This document shows positions 26,058 through 35,923 of a stretch of DNA of 64,000 nt, one piece after another. The position numbers were made by a program, and so were the translations under genes. The stretch's first letter is position 1; each line of letters opens with the position of its first letter. Below the pieces are notes generated by a model that was not told the DNA's origin, searched no databases, and was given only the letters and a program-made list of their open reading frames with translations. The DNA comes from Patescibacteria group bacterium (GTDB lineage: Bacteria; Patescibacteriota; Microgenomatia; UBA1400; PJMF01), in assembly GCA_016861085.1 (NCBI GenBank), contig BOKR01000001.1:825696-889695 (forward strand), in the 5' to 3' direction.

Positions 26058-27098
26058 TTATTCATCCAAATAAAACTCAGCACTTCTTTTCATAGCCTGA
26101 GAAAATGCGGAACCTGAGATATTGTGGCCACCGGTATTGTATTCAAATAACTGGTGAGGAATTGTAGTTTCATCTAAAACTTTCATTAACTCTCTGCTGT
26201 ACTCAACAGCAACTACATTGTCATCAACTGCATGATGCAACTGGACTGCTCCATTCAGTCCGTCTAAATAGTTTGTTGCTGGAACTTGCTGCCAAAACCA
26301 AGACTGTGGATCAAATTGGCCATACAGGGCGAAAAGCTGATCTCGCTTTTTTCTTCTTTCAGTATTTTCTCCCGGTGGTTGGTAACTGTTATCATCAATC
26401 CCTAATTCACCAAAGTCCTCATAGGTATACATAGCACCAGCCCAAATAACTACCTTTGGAATCGTTTGCTGTACTGCCATAGCTCGTAGCACTACGTTGC
26501 CCGCCATAGAATGACCCCATAAACCAATTCTATTTGGATTCACAGAATCAAAGTTTTGCAGTGCAGCATAAGCATTCAAAACATCAACAACATAATCGCT
26601 GGAGTAATACGCACCATTTGCTTCTCCCTGAGATGAACCATGGCCTCTTAAATCAATTTTAAATACAACAATGCCTTGCTTTGCAAGGTAATCAACATAT
26701 GAACTATAGTTTTCTAAAGTTCTGTACGAACTTGGCGGAATGTACCCATGTACAAATACTACCGCTGGAAATCCTCCTTCAGGAATTGAGCCTTTAGGCA
26801 CTGTCAGTAACCCGTTGATTTTTAAACCATCTGAACTGTAGTTTGTAAGGTATCCAGTATAACTTGTAGTCTCAGTAGCTTGTTGCAACATACCAAGATT
26901 ACTTGTGTATGTTCTACTACGAAGATACGGTATAGTGAGTTCTTGAAATTCAAACGGCGTTGCTGTCGAAACAGACTCAAAGACAGTCTTTGTAGTAGAT
27001 GTAGCTTTAGGCTCTTCAACTTTTCTGTTTATAACAAAAAAATAAACGGCGGATACAATTAAAAAAAAGCACGTAATCGCTATATACTTTCGCTGCAT
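26058..27098 (-). CDS. Exported alpha/beta hydrolase (peptidase S9 / dienelactone hydrolase-like)
   Basis: HGY, DLRGHG, nucleophile GHSMAG, DD...H triad; N-terminal TM. Confidence 0.88.
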   Translation of the reverse strand: MQRKYIAITCFFLIVSAVYFFVINRKVEEPKATSTTKTVFESVSTATPFEFQELTIPYLRSRTYTSNLGMLQQATETTSYTGYLTNYSSDGLKINGLLTVPKGSIPEGGFPAVVFVHGYIPPSSYRTLENYSSYVDYLAKQGIVVFKIDLRGHGSSQGEANGAYYSSDYVVDVLNAYAALQNFDSVNPNRIGLWGHSMAGNVVLRAMAVQQTIPKVVIWAGAMYTYEDFGELGIDDNSYQPPGENTERRKKRDQLFALYGQFDPQSWFWQQVPATNYLDGLNGAVQLHHAVDDNVVAVEYSRELMKVLDETTIPHQLFEYNTGGHNISGSAFSQAMKRSAEFYLDE

Positions 27099-27126
27099 AT
27101 CAGCCAGTATAACAAAAGTAAGACAC

Positions 27127-27152
27127 AAAATCCCCGCCCTTTCGGGCGGGGA
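27127..27152 (-). terminator. Intrinsic terminator after major pilin gene
   Basis: TCCCCGCCC-GAAA-GGGCGGGGA followed by TTTT on the minus strand. Confidence 0.8.
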
Positions 27153-27197
27153 CTCATTTCAAACTAAGCTCAGTCTCAAACTAGAGCCAGAAGACTC

Positions 27198-27665
27198 TTA
27201 ACGAATAATCTGGATTGGACCTTGATCTGCATTTGGAGCACTGATTGTAATACGGCTATCTGTTGCACTTTGTGAAGCAACATATCCAGTGTCCCAAGTG
27301 CCATCACAATCTGCCTCTTGAATTGGAGCGCCTGCATTTAATTCAGGATCCTGTGGCAATGCTGCCATGTACTCTGTAACCAAAGCATTACAAAAAGCTG
27401 CACCCACTCCTGTTGAGCTGATTGCTGTTGCTGTTGTACCAATGTTTAGGGTGGTGATAACACCTCTGTTATCTGCGGAATATTGGTGGATTGCGTTCAA
27501 AACGGCATTCACGTCACTTGCTCTCTTGGTATCATTTGCTTGTGAAAACTGTCTTGCTGGGTTAATGGCAATCAAAACGATTGCAAGCAACACAGCCAAG
27601 ATACCAATCACAACCAAAAGCTCAATCAAAGTAAAACCTTTTTTATGTTGGGCAGTTGTAAGCAT
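27198..27665 (-). CDS. pilA: Type IV major pilin
   Basis: Class III signal KKGFTLIELLVV; own terminator. Confidence 0.85.
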   Translation of the reverse strand: MLTTAQHKKGFTLIELLVVIGILAVLLAIVLIAINPARQFSQANDTKRASDVNAVLNAIHQYSADNRGVITTLNIGTTATAISSTGVGAAFCNALVTEYMAALPQDPELNAGAPIQEADCDGTWDTGYVASQSATDSRITISAPNADQGPIQIIR

Positions 27666-27747
27666 AAAAATGTATCTCCTTTACAATACTATATATTTTA
27701 ATAATACTGAATTCTTTACCCCACTGTCAAGCGCTGTAATAAGTTTG

Positions 27748-28425
27748 CTACATCGTTACAAGTAAAACGATCAAAACAGTAATTAAAATAGCAAAAATTG
27801 CAATCATCGCGATCAATTTTCCACTCAATTTAACAGACAAAAAAGGTTGTGGCGCTGATAGTTTTTCCTCAACTATTTCTGGAGCAATAAAACTGTACTC
27901 TGCTAACAATTCGTAATTTGAAATTGCCTTAAGCGCCATCTCTTTTGTAAATGGTGTCTTAGCAAGGTCATCAGTTCCTAAAATGAAAAGTGGAGAAGCA
28001 CTCACCACTACAAATCCAAATTTTTCTAAAACTGCTATGAGAGGATTTAAAAACTCGCGATTTATAACCACCAAATACGCACCTTCTTTAATTGGGAAAC
28101 TTTTTGTAATCACATCTGTAAATGGAACTAATTCAAGAAATGATTGTACTAATGGATCACTTTCCGACTCTGGCATTTTATGTATTGTTGTATGAAAAAA
28201 TACTGATTTATCTAGAATTAGCTCAACCTGCCCTGCTGGGATTTTTATTTGTTCCATCCATGAAGACATCACCCGCTCCAAAGCTTGCTGACTGATCATT
28301 TCTAAATCTTTCACAATTTCTGAAGTTAAAGACAATTCAACTCCATCATCACTTGCCTTTGAAAAAAAAGTCAAACTACTTCTTGTGACTAAAAAACATG
28401 CTTGAGGATTTACTTTCTGAGCCAT
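27748..28425 (-). CDS. Pilus assembly protein, PilM/GspL-like with C-terminal TM
   Basis: Position in pil operon; actin-like N-terminal region inferred, C-terminal hydrophobic helix. Confidence 0.45.
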   Translation of the reverse strand: MAQKVNPQACFLVTRSSLTFFSKASDDGVELSLTSEIVKDLEMISQQALERVMSSWMEQIKIPAGQVELILDKSVFFHTTIHKMPESESDPLVQSFLELVPFTDVITKSFPIKEGAYLVVINREFLNPLIAVLEKFGFVVVSASPLFILGTDDLAKTPFTKEMALKAISNYELLAEYSFIAPEIVEEKLSAPQPFLSVKLSGKLIAMIAIFAILITVLIVLLVTM

Positions 28426-28824
28426 TTAAAAGAGTTCCTTCCAAGATGTAACTGTCATAATGCCGTTTTGATCACTTACTTGCACTTCTACTTGGCGAAC
28501 AGAGTTTCCCACTTCACCAGTGACAGTTACAATTCTAGGACTTGTTCCACTTACTACAATTCTGGCAGTTCCATCATCTATAGTCAACTCTTCTTGTGTA
28601 TAGGTAGGGTCGCGAATCAATCGCATCAGTGCATTTTCAGCTCCAGATTCGGCAACATGAAGTGCCCGCTGACCCTGTAAAAATGTCCTACTAGACTGTG
28701 AAGTAATCGTCGTTAGGCTGATACTGGTGACAATAACTACCATAGCAATAGCAGAAAAGATGAGCACTGTCACCAACGCCATGCCACTCTGTTGTGTGTT
28801 ATATGATTTCATATTTTTTTCCAA
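28426..28824 (-). CDS. Minor pilin, PilX-like
   Basis: SGMALVTVL (no E5), 'ALHVAESGAENAL'. Confidence 0.8.
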   Translation of the reverse strand: MEKNMKSYNTQQSGMALVTVLIFSAIAMVVIVTSISLTTITSQSSRTFLQGQRALHVAESGAENALMRLIRDPTYTQEELTIDDGTARIVVSGTSPRIVTVTGEVGNSVRQVEVQVSDQNGIMTVTSWKELF

Positions 28825-28827
28825 AGT

Positions 28828-29328
28828 TCATCTCATTCCAAACGTGTATGTTAGGTCTCTGATTTCAGGACTAAATGAACCTACCGGATTACTCTCAAGC
28901 TGTATGTGCACTCTAATACTCGCAACTCCATCTTGATTTCCTAGTTTTTGAAATGAAAGTTGAGTAACTACTATTTCTGGACTGGTAAGCGGCTGAGGAG
29001 TATCTCCATCTAGTGACAACATAATTTTTCCATTACTGAGAGTATAGATAATTTCACCCTCTGCAACAGATAACACCAATGTTGCAGCCGTTTCCCCATT
29101 TGTTGCCGGAGTAGTCAAAGTTGTTGCTCTGCTAATATCATATTGCATTCGAGTATAAACATAATGGCTATCTTGTTCGATTCGAGCAGTTTGTGAAGCC
29201 TCATTTTGCACCTCAAGTGTAGATACAAATAGTCCAGAAAGGATTACTAAAAATCCCATAAAAATCCCCATGTAAATCAACAATTCAATCAAAGTAAATC
29301 CTGGTAAATTTTTTGCTCTTTTTTTCAT
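28828..29328 (-). CDS. Minor pilin, PilW-like
   Basis: PGFTLIELLIY N-methylation motif. Confidence 0.8.
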   Translation of the reverse strand: MKKRAKNLPGFTLIELLIYMGIFMGFLVILSGLFVSTLEVQNEASQTARIEQDSHYVYTRMQYDISRATTLTTPATNGETAATLVLSVAEGEIIYTLSNGKIMLSLDGDTPQPLTSPEIVVTQLSFQKLGNQDGVASIRVHIQLESNPVGSFSPEIRDLTYTFGMR

Positions 29329-29333
29329 AATAA

Positions 29334-31334
29334 CTACGGTGAATAATTCACCGTCACTTCTTCCAAAATCGGCGTTACATCAACATTCGTTGTTTCAAGA
29401 AATGCCTTATACCGAAAACATTGTGCAGGATTTCTATACCCAGTACCTTGAGTCATAAACGGCAATGCTTGAATACCGTCAAAATATGTATTTGCAGTTC
29501 CATCTGGCCCTACAAAAGTGAAACTAACTCCAGCGCATGAACCATTAACTGCCGGCGCACCCGCAACTTGAAATTCTACCGTTGTCTCAGCATTTTCATC
29601 TGCTGTATAAAAAATTCTATTAAATGCAGTTGTAGCACCTGCATCAAAAGTCGCCGATTCATACGTGCCCATTGGGCTGTACGCACCCCCAGGACCACCT
29701 TCAATAATTTTTAATTCACTATCCGATTGTCCAGTGGTAATAAAAGCATATGCGTCACCGTTGTCTTGCACAATTGCAGCCACGTCTCTAATCCCTCCAA
29801 GGTTACCCAAAAAGCCACAGACGGTTGGCGCAGTTTCTGTCACAATTGACCACACCTGATATTCATTTCCACCAGATCCAACCACTAATGCTCTGTACCC
29901 ATCTAACACTGTTGCAACCGCGCTCGGATTCATGTCACCAGTGTTACCTGAAGAAATTACACTCAAACTATTTTTGGTTGGATCAGAAGCATCAATAATA
30001 AAAAATTCACTTTGACTTGCTGATTGGGCTGTCACTAAATATACCCGTTCCCCAGATTCTGAAACAAACAGTGATTTTCCCGCTAACCCATTCACTGAAA
30101 AACTTTTTGGTGTGCCTGGAGATGAAGGATTACTCACATCTACGATCTGTAGCTGTGCGCTTGTTGAATCTGTTGAAATATATGCAAAATTACCCACAAC
30201 CTGGATCTTGGTACCTAAACCAGCTAAGCCGACTGTTCCAAGCTGTGTCCTGCTCCCAGTTGGCGAGCTGGCATCAAAAATTCTTAGATCACTTCCTTGC
30301 GTGAGATATCCAACTCCATCCTTTACAAAAATGCTTTGTCCATTAACTGACCCCGATGCATTAAACTCACCAACTTCAGACATATTGCTCAAATCAACGA
30401 TCACTACTTCTTGTCCAGGTCTGGGAGTAGTTAAATATGCATATCCCGGAACACCAAACACCGCATTAGCCTTAATCTGTGGCTGAGAAGCAAAAAGACC
30501 TGCGAGTGTTGGTACTGGTGGATACGCATTACTAACACGAACATATGATAACGGGTTACCAGATGCGTTCTGGCCAGTGGTCGTAAACACCTCAGAACGG
30601 CTCGAAGCGCTATTGTAGAACGCCATAACACCAGTAGCATCGGCCTGACCAGATAGGTCAAACTCAGAAAAATCAGGATTAGGACTACACCAATCACCTC
30701 TTCCAGAACCAAGCGGACTTAATCGAATGTAGCCATTATCGGGGTCCTCACCGGTTGGATTAGCGACAATAAGCGTATTATCGATACTATACCCAGTCTG
30801 TTCAAAGTCTGTTACTGTCGTATGCGTAAACGTTAAATTATCCAAATATCGAGTCACATATAGTGACGAACTAATACTACTCACCAATGGAGTAGTCCAA
30901 CTTACTGTAATATCAATTTTTTTTGTTGACGGATCAACTGTTCCGCCAGATGCGACAATATCCCCCTGAGAGTTTCTTTGCACATCACTAATTGTTAACT
31001 GCCGAGTAAACCCATTGACTACTTCAGAACCAACCGCCAGCGTCCAAGTAGTTCCAGTAACTGGATCAATTACCGGGTGCCACACTCCGTTTTGAGCAAA
31101 TTCTGCCCAATCTTGCTCTCGGACTACTCTGACTGCTTCAACAGTTTCTTGCAGCAAGGCTGCCGCAAGTACCCGTTGCTTTTGTTGCGGCTTTCCGTCT
31201 CTGGTTGCAACAAAACCAGCAAATAAAATAGAAATCAAAAATCCAAATAAACCGATTGCCAACAACAACTCCACCAACGAGTACCCCCCCTGCAACTTTT
31301 TGCGACTGCTAATTAATTGCCGTAATGACACCAT
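29334..31334 (-). CDS. Large minor pilin (PilV-like N-terminus) with beta-propeller / LVIVD-like repeats
   Basis: GGYSLVELLLA signal; repeats such as GNFAYI..LQIVDVSNPSSP. Confidence 0.8.
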   Translation of the reverse strand: MVSLRQLISSRKKLQGGYSLVELLLAIGLFGFLISILFAGFVATRDGKPQQKQRVLAAALLQETVEAVRVVREQDWAEFAQNGVWHPVIDPVTGTTWTLAVGSEVVNGFTRQLTISDVQRNSQGDIVASGGTVDPSTKKIDITVSWTTPLVSSISSSLYVTRYLDNLTFTHTTVTDFEQTGYSIDNTLIVANPTGEDPDNGYIRLSPLGSGRGDWCSPNPDFSEFDLSGQADATGVMAFYNSASSRSEVFTTTGQNASGNPLSYVRVSNAYPPVPTLAGLFASQPQIKANAVFGVPGYAYLTTPRPGQEVVIVDLSNMSEVGEFNASGSVNGQSIFVKDGVGYLTQGSDLRIFDASSPTGSRTQLGTVGLAGLGTKIQVVGNFAYISTDSTSAQLQIVDVSNPSSPGTPKSFSVNGLAGKSLFVSESGERVYLVTAQSASQSEFFIIDASDPTKNSLSVISSGNTGDMNPSAVATVLDGYRALVVGSGGNEYQVWSIVTETAPTVCGFLGNLGGIRDVAAIVQDNGDAYAFITTGQSDSELKIIEGGPGGAYSPMGTYESATFDAGATTAFNRIFYTADENAETTVEFQVAGAPAVNGSCAGVSFTFVGPDGTANTYFDGIQALPFMTQGTGYRNPAQCFRYKAFLETTNVDVTPILEEVTVNYSP

Positions 31335-31797
31335 ATTGGTTTAATTCCAAAATAATTGTCTCTCCAGATTGTGTATTTCGAAGCGTTAGTGTGTCTTGTC
31401 CATTAATAAAATTAAGTATTTCACCACTGCCTGAGTCAAAAACAATTTGCTGATTTGCGAACGTCGTTTCCAAAGTTATTGGATCTTCGATAGCTACAGC
31501 AAAATTGTCTGTAATTTGTGAGTCATAAACAGTACCGCGAAATAATGTGTACTGTTGCCCGGAAATATGAAGACCAAAATCTTGAATTGATCCTGAAACG
31601 CTTGCATCTCCTGCCATAGCTCGCAGCTGCTGATTTTTTAATTCAGCAATCAGTACCTCTGAGAGCGAACTAAGTGTGGCCTTTGGAATGAGATTCAACA
31701 TCAAGATAGATGCTATAGAAAAGAGCACCACAATAATTCCCATCGCCAATAGAAGCTCAATTAAGGTAAAACCAAAATGTTTAGTATGTGTTCGCAT
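31309..31797 (-). CDS. Minor pilin, FimT/GspH-like
   Basis: FGFTLIELLLA motif. Confidence 0.8.
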   Translation of the reverse strand: MRTHTKHFGFTLIELLLAMGIIVVLFSIASILMLNLIPKATLSSLSEVLIAELKNQQLRAMAGDASVSGSIQDFGLHISGQQYTLFRGTVYDSQITDNFAVAIEDPITLETTFANQQIVFDSGSGEILNFINGQDTLTLRNTQSGETIILELNQYGVITAIN

Positions 31798-31800
31798 GGA

Positions 31801-32868
31801 TCATCGTGCCCCCACATTTGAAATCAAACCGTAGATAGGACCAATAATTGCCATCATCATCGCACCAACAGAAAGACCCACAAACACCAACATAATTGGT
31901 TCTAGTAACGCTGTAGCTGCACGAAGGTTTTTAGTCACTTCGTAGTCAAGCATTTCAGTAATTTCTTTCATAGATTCATCAAGTGAACCAGTGCGTTCAC
32001 CGACTTCAATTAGCTTCGTAACAATGCTAGGCACTAATTTGTTTTGACTCACCAACCCTTCTGAAAATCGCTTTCCAGTTGAGACCTGTTTTCTGGCACC
32101 TTCTATGAGCTTTTGCAGGTCACGTTTCACAATCACGTCTTCTGCTAACTCAAGCGCAGTGATAATTGGCAGACCAGACCCGAGTAACAGTGCCATACTA
32201 CGAGAGAATCTGGTCATGTCAATCTGCCGTATTAAGCCAGATATATATGGAAAAGAAAAAATAATGTTGGCAACAACATTTTTCTTATACCGGTAAAAAA
32301 GTAGAAATCCAGAAATAGAAAACACGACTGCTCCTACAACCAACACCGTGTTATCAAGTAGAAAGTTTGATGCAGCAATCAATATTCTTGTTGCCACTGG
32401 GAGCTCGGTAGTAAGGCGAGAAAAAACCTGAGAGATTCTAGGCATCACAAACACCAACATCATGATCATCACACCAAGGAAAATAACCAACACAAAAACA
32501 GGGTACATCAGTGCCGATTTCACTTTGTCCGAAAACTCAATTTCTCGCTGGATTCCCTCACGAACATCACGAAGAGCTACCTCTAATGTTCCAGCTTCTT
32601 CTGCAGCCTTAATCAAATTAATCGTGACCTTATTAAAAGCATTTGGATACTTGGCTAAAGTCTCATGGATACGAGTTCCTGCTTTTAGATCGGCTCGCAT
32701 AGTTTCTAACACTTTTTTGAGGTTGCCTTTTGAGTCTTCAAGCAAAGAATCAACGGTCTCTAAAATTGGAATACCAGCCTTAAGCATGGTACTCAAATTA
32801 CCGACAAGCTGCATCTTATCTTTTTCAGAAATCCGAGTGGAAAATTGTTTTGCTTTTAGCTCTGTCAT
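31801..32868 (-). CDS. pilC: Type IV pilus inner-membrane platform protein (T2SS F family)
   Basis: Two T2SSF repeats: AEEAGTL, SALMYP, GERTGSL, LEPIM. Confidence 0.92.
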   Translation of the reverse strand: MTELKAKQFSTRISEKDKMQLVGNLSTMLKAGIPILETVDSLLEDSKGNLKKVLETMRADLKAGTRIHETLAKYPNAFNKVTINLIKAAEEAGTLEVALRDVREGIQREIEFSDKVKSALMYPVFVLVIFLGVMIMMLVFVMPRISQVFSRLTTELPVATRILIAASNFLLDNTVLVVGAVVFSISGFLLFYRYKKNVVANIIFSFPYISGLIRQIDMTRFSRSMALLLGSGLPIITALELAEDVIVKRDLQKLIEGARKQVSTGKRFSEGLVSQNKLVPSIVTKLIEVGERTGSLDESMKEITEMLDYEVTKNLRAATALLEPIMLVFVGLSVGAMMMAIIGPIYGLISNVGAR

Positions 32869-34550
32869 CCTGATTCAACCTTTGTAGCGCGTAACACTTC
32901 TTCCATTGTCGTTAAACCTTTTGAAACTTTTTCTAGACCATCTGCAAGCATTGTGGTCATGCCCTCTTTTTTAGCAGCAGCTAAAATAATGTCGGCATCT
33001 TGTTTTTGAGAAACTAACTTTCTGATCTCCTTGGTAATTTCAAACACTTCAAAAATACCAATTCTTCCCCTATATCCACTAAAATGACAATGTGGGCAAC
33101 CTTTTCCTTGATAGAATTGAACTTCTTTCTTGTCTCCCAATGATTCACTAATATCTTCAGATGACAAATTTTTTAATAGCTCATCTTTGCTCACTGAATA
33201 TGCATACCTACAGTCAGTACAGATTTTACGCACCAAGCGTTGCCCCACAACAACATTTACTGTGGAAGCAACTAAAAATGGTTCAACTTTCATATCAATC
33301 AAACGCGGAATTGCTGAGGCTGCATCATTTGTATGCAGCGTTGAAAACACAAGGTGCCCTGTTAAAGCCGCATTCACCGCAATTCCTGCTGTCTCATTAT
33401 CACGAATTTCACCAACAAAAATATAATCTGGGTCCTGACGCAAAATGGACCGCAATCCATTGGCAAACGTCAAGTTTGTTTTCATGTTCACCTGAACTTG
33501 ATTTGCACCCTCAACTTTATACTCAACTGGATCTTCCACCGTTGTAATATTTCTGTCTCTACTGTTAATTACTTTGATAATGGCATAAATAGAAGTTGTT
33601 TTCCCTGAACCAGTTGGCCCTGTAGAGAGGATCATGCCGTTAGGCTTATTAAACGCTCTAGTTAACTTGTCTAAGTCTTTTTCATTCATTCCCAAATCTG
33701 TTAAAGAATATGATCGAGATTTAGAAGAAAGCAACCGCATCACGATTTTCTCACCATCTACAATTGGCAAAATAGAAACACGCAAGTTGAGATTTTCTTC
33801 CTTGAGAGCCATCTGCATTTTACCGTCCTGGGCATTGAGATGCTCATCAGTACGTAAGTTAGAAAGCACTTTAATTCTAGTGACAATTCTGTCATGTAAC
33901 TGAAGAGGAAAACTAAGCGTGTCGTACAAAATACCGTCAACTCTAAACCTGACTAGCGATTCACCTTCTTTTGGTTCAATATGAATGTCTGAAGCTTTTT
34001 CTTCATAGGCAGATGAAATTAATAAATTCACAATTTTTTCGATAGGGGGGTCAGTAGTTTCAGTGGTTTGAGCTTTGGAACCCAAACCCTCATGCAGTAG
34101 TCTTTCAAATTTCTTTTGTAAATCCTGGCGGTACATGACCACTACATTTTTAATATCTTGGAGAGTGGCATAGTACACAGTAACTGGAAGACCAGTTTTT
34201 TTGGAGACTACTTTGACTATATTTTTATTACTCACGTCGGCTAAAGCAACTTTGACTTCTTTTTCAGTTCTCTCAAACGCAACAGCCTGCTGTTTTTGAG
34301 CGACATGCTCTGGAATTATGTTAATAACATCGGTAGGAATACTTAATTTAGTCAAAACTATGAATGGAGTCTTGAAAGCAGTCGATTCAATCAAACCAAT
34401 GTCTTCATCACTCATCAGTTCTTGCTTCACTATAGCGTCGCGAAGTGAAATTTTGTTCTCTGTAGCATAGGCTCTTGCAGTTTTAATTTGGGCAGCTGTG
34501 AGTTTACCTGCTTGAGTCAATAATTTTTCAATTTGGGCATCATCTAGCAT
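32865..34550 (-). CDS. pilB: Type IV pilus assembly ATPase (GspE/PilB)
   Basis: ASDIHIEP, GPTGSGKTT, EDPVE, LRQDPD, GHLVFSTLH, CxxC Zn motif; start moved to MLDD. Confidence 0.95.
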   Translation of the reverse strand: MLDDAQIEKLLTQAGKLTAAQIKTARAYATENKISLRDAIVKQELMSDEDIGLIESTAFKTPFIVLTKLSIPTDVINIIPEHVAQKQQAVAFERTEKEVKVALADVSNKNIVKVVSKKTGLPVTVYYATLQDIKNVVVMYRQDLQKKFERLLHEGLGSKAQTTETTDPPIEKIVNLLISSAYEEKASDIHIEPKEGESLVRFRVDGILYDTLSFPLQLHDRIVTRIKVLSNLRTDEHLNAQDGKMQMALKEENLNLRVSILPIVDGEKIVMRLLSSKSRSYSLTDLGMNEKDLDKLTRAFNKPNGMILSTGPTGSGKTTSIYAIIKVINSRDRNITTVEDPVEYKVEGANQVQVNMKTNLTFANGLRSILRQDPDYIFVGEIRDNETAGIAVNAALTGHLVFSTLHTNDAASAIPRLIDMKVEPFLVASTVNVVVGQRLVRKICTDCRYAYSVSKDELLKNLSSEDISESLGDKKEVQFYQGKGCPHCHFSGYRGRIGIFEVFEITKEIRKLVSQKQDADIILAAAKKEGMTTMLADGLEKVSKGLTTMEEVLRATKVESG

Positions 34551-34609
34551 AAAACTAGCATACCATGTTATTATTATGAAAGTAATAAGTGAGTCGAAGA
34601 AAACTGCCC

Positions 34610-34843
34610 ATGCCAAAGAAAAAATCTTCAAGTAAAAAAGTTGTAACTAAAAGATCAAGTTCAAGGAAGTCCACTGCAATGAACATGAGCGCTTCCCAAC
34701 CCAGTAGCAAAGGTTACCTCGTTGCAGAACAAGAAGCATTCCATAGAGATCACCCAAATGCAGAAATGCTGATTAAAATCTTCTTAATTGCATTTATTAT
34801 TCTAGTAATCCTCTACTTCAAAAAATACTCTTACATGTATTAG
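34610..34843 (+). CDS. Small basic membrane protein
   Basis: Lys/Ser-rich N-terminus and C-terminal TM helix. Confidence 0.6.
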   Translation: MPKKKSSSKKVVTKRSSSRKSTAMNMSASQPSSKGYLVAEQEAFHRDHPNAEMLIKIFLIAFIILVILYFKKYSYMY

Positions 34844-34850
34844 TGGTAGG

Positions 34851-35420
34851 CTATTCTCTTTTGTCGAACCATGCATCTAACTCGGTGACTAGATTGTGTA
34901 GCTGTCCAATCTTTGAATCATCGACGATTGATCCATCTTCTTTAAATGCTGCCCAAATTGCAGGAATATTAACTTCATCATGCAATCCAATTAGTCGTAG
35001 TTCAGAAACAATTTGTCGCAAATGCTCTACAGCTCGCATTCCACCAGATGCCGCACCATAGCTTACAAAAGAAACTGGCTTTCCTTTCATCAATCCTGAG
35101 TACCAATAATCAAGCGCATTTTTAAGAACTCCAGGAACGCTGTGATTGTACTCACCGGTGATAATGATAAACCCGTCAGCAGCTGCAACTTTTTCGAGCC
35201 ATTTCTTACCAAGTTCACCAGCATAAGAACCTTGTGAAGCAAGTGGTGGCATTGGCTCATCAAAAAATGGTAACTGCCAATCGCGTAAGTCAACCAGTTC
35301 AAATGTTGTGTGTTTTGTCTTTGGTAGATTTTGCATCAACCACTTTGCTACACCTTCACTAGCTCTATTTTGTCGTACTGTTCCAACAATTACTAAAATA
35401 TTTTTGTTTGCTTTTGGCAT
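34851..35420 (-). CDS. NAD(P)H-dependent FMN reductase
   Basis: GTVRQNR, EYNHSVPGVLKNALD, SYGAASGG. Confidence 0.92.
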   Translation of the reverse strand: MPKANKNILVIVGTVRQNRASEGVAKWLMQNLPKTKHTTFELVDLRDWQLPFFDEPMPPLASQGSYAGELGKKWLEKVAAADGFIIITGEYNHSVPGVLKNALDYWYSGLMKGKPVSFVSYGAASGGMRAVEHLRQIVSELRLIGLHDEVNIPAIWAAFKEDGSIVDDSKIGQLHNLVTELDAWFDKRE

Positions 35421-35551
35421 TGGTATTTCTTTCTTATAAATATATTTTTACTTTACTTTTTACGTTGAGTGAATATAATAACGCATACAAACTTTAATAC
35501 AAGTACATACTAATTTGTTATATACATACAAAAAGTATACTATCAAAATAT

Positions 35552-35875
35552 ATGAGAAAACAACACGACCAAAAAGAATGCCAAGTTGTCAAAGCCCTGG
35601 CAATTATTGGGGGAAAATGGAAATTACCGCTTATCAAAAGACTCACTACTGGCACTAAACGGTACAATGAATTGTTTAGAGAGCTAGAAGGTGTGACTCA
35701 ACGAATGCTCACTAAACAACTTCGTGAACTTGAAACTGACAAGATTGTTGCCAGAAAAGTCTATCCAGAAATTCCACCAAAAGTTGAATATTCACTTACT
35801 CATGCAGGAAAAGAGCTGCACACTGTTATTTTAGAGTTGGAAAAATGGGGTAAGAAACACACAACCCACCGATAA
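35552..35875 (+). CDS. HxlR-family winged-HTH regulator
   Basis: N-terminal Cys, IGGKWK, MLTKQLRELE, YPEIPPKVEYSLT; divergent from the FMN reductase. Confidence 0.92.
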   Translation: MRKQHDQKECQVVKALAIIGGKWKLPLIKRLTTGTKRYNELFRELEGVTQRMLTKQLRELETDKIVARKVYPEIPPKVEYSLTHAGKELHTVILELEKWGKKHTTHR

Positions 35876-35923
35876 CACTCTAGCTCTCTAGACTCGAGTT
35901 ACAATTCGTGAGATATTTAATCT

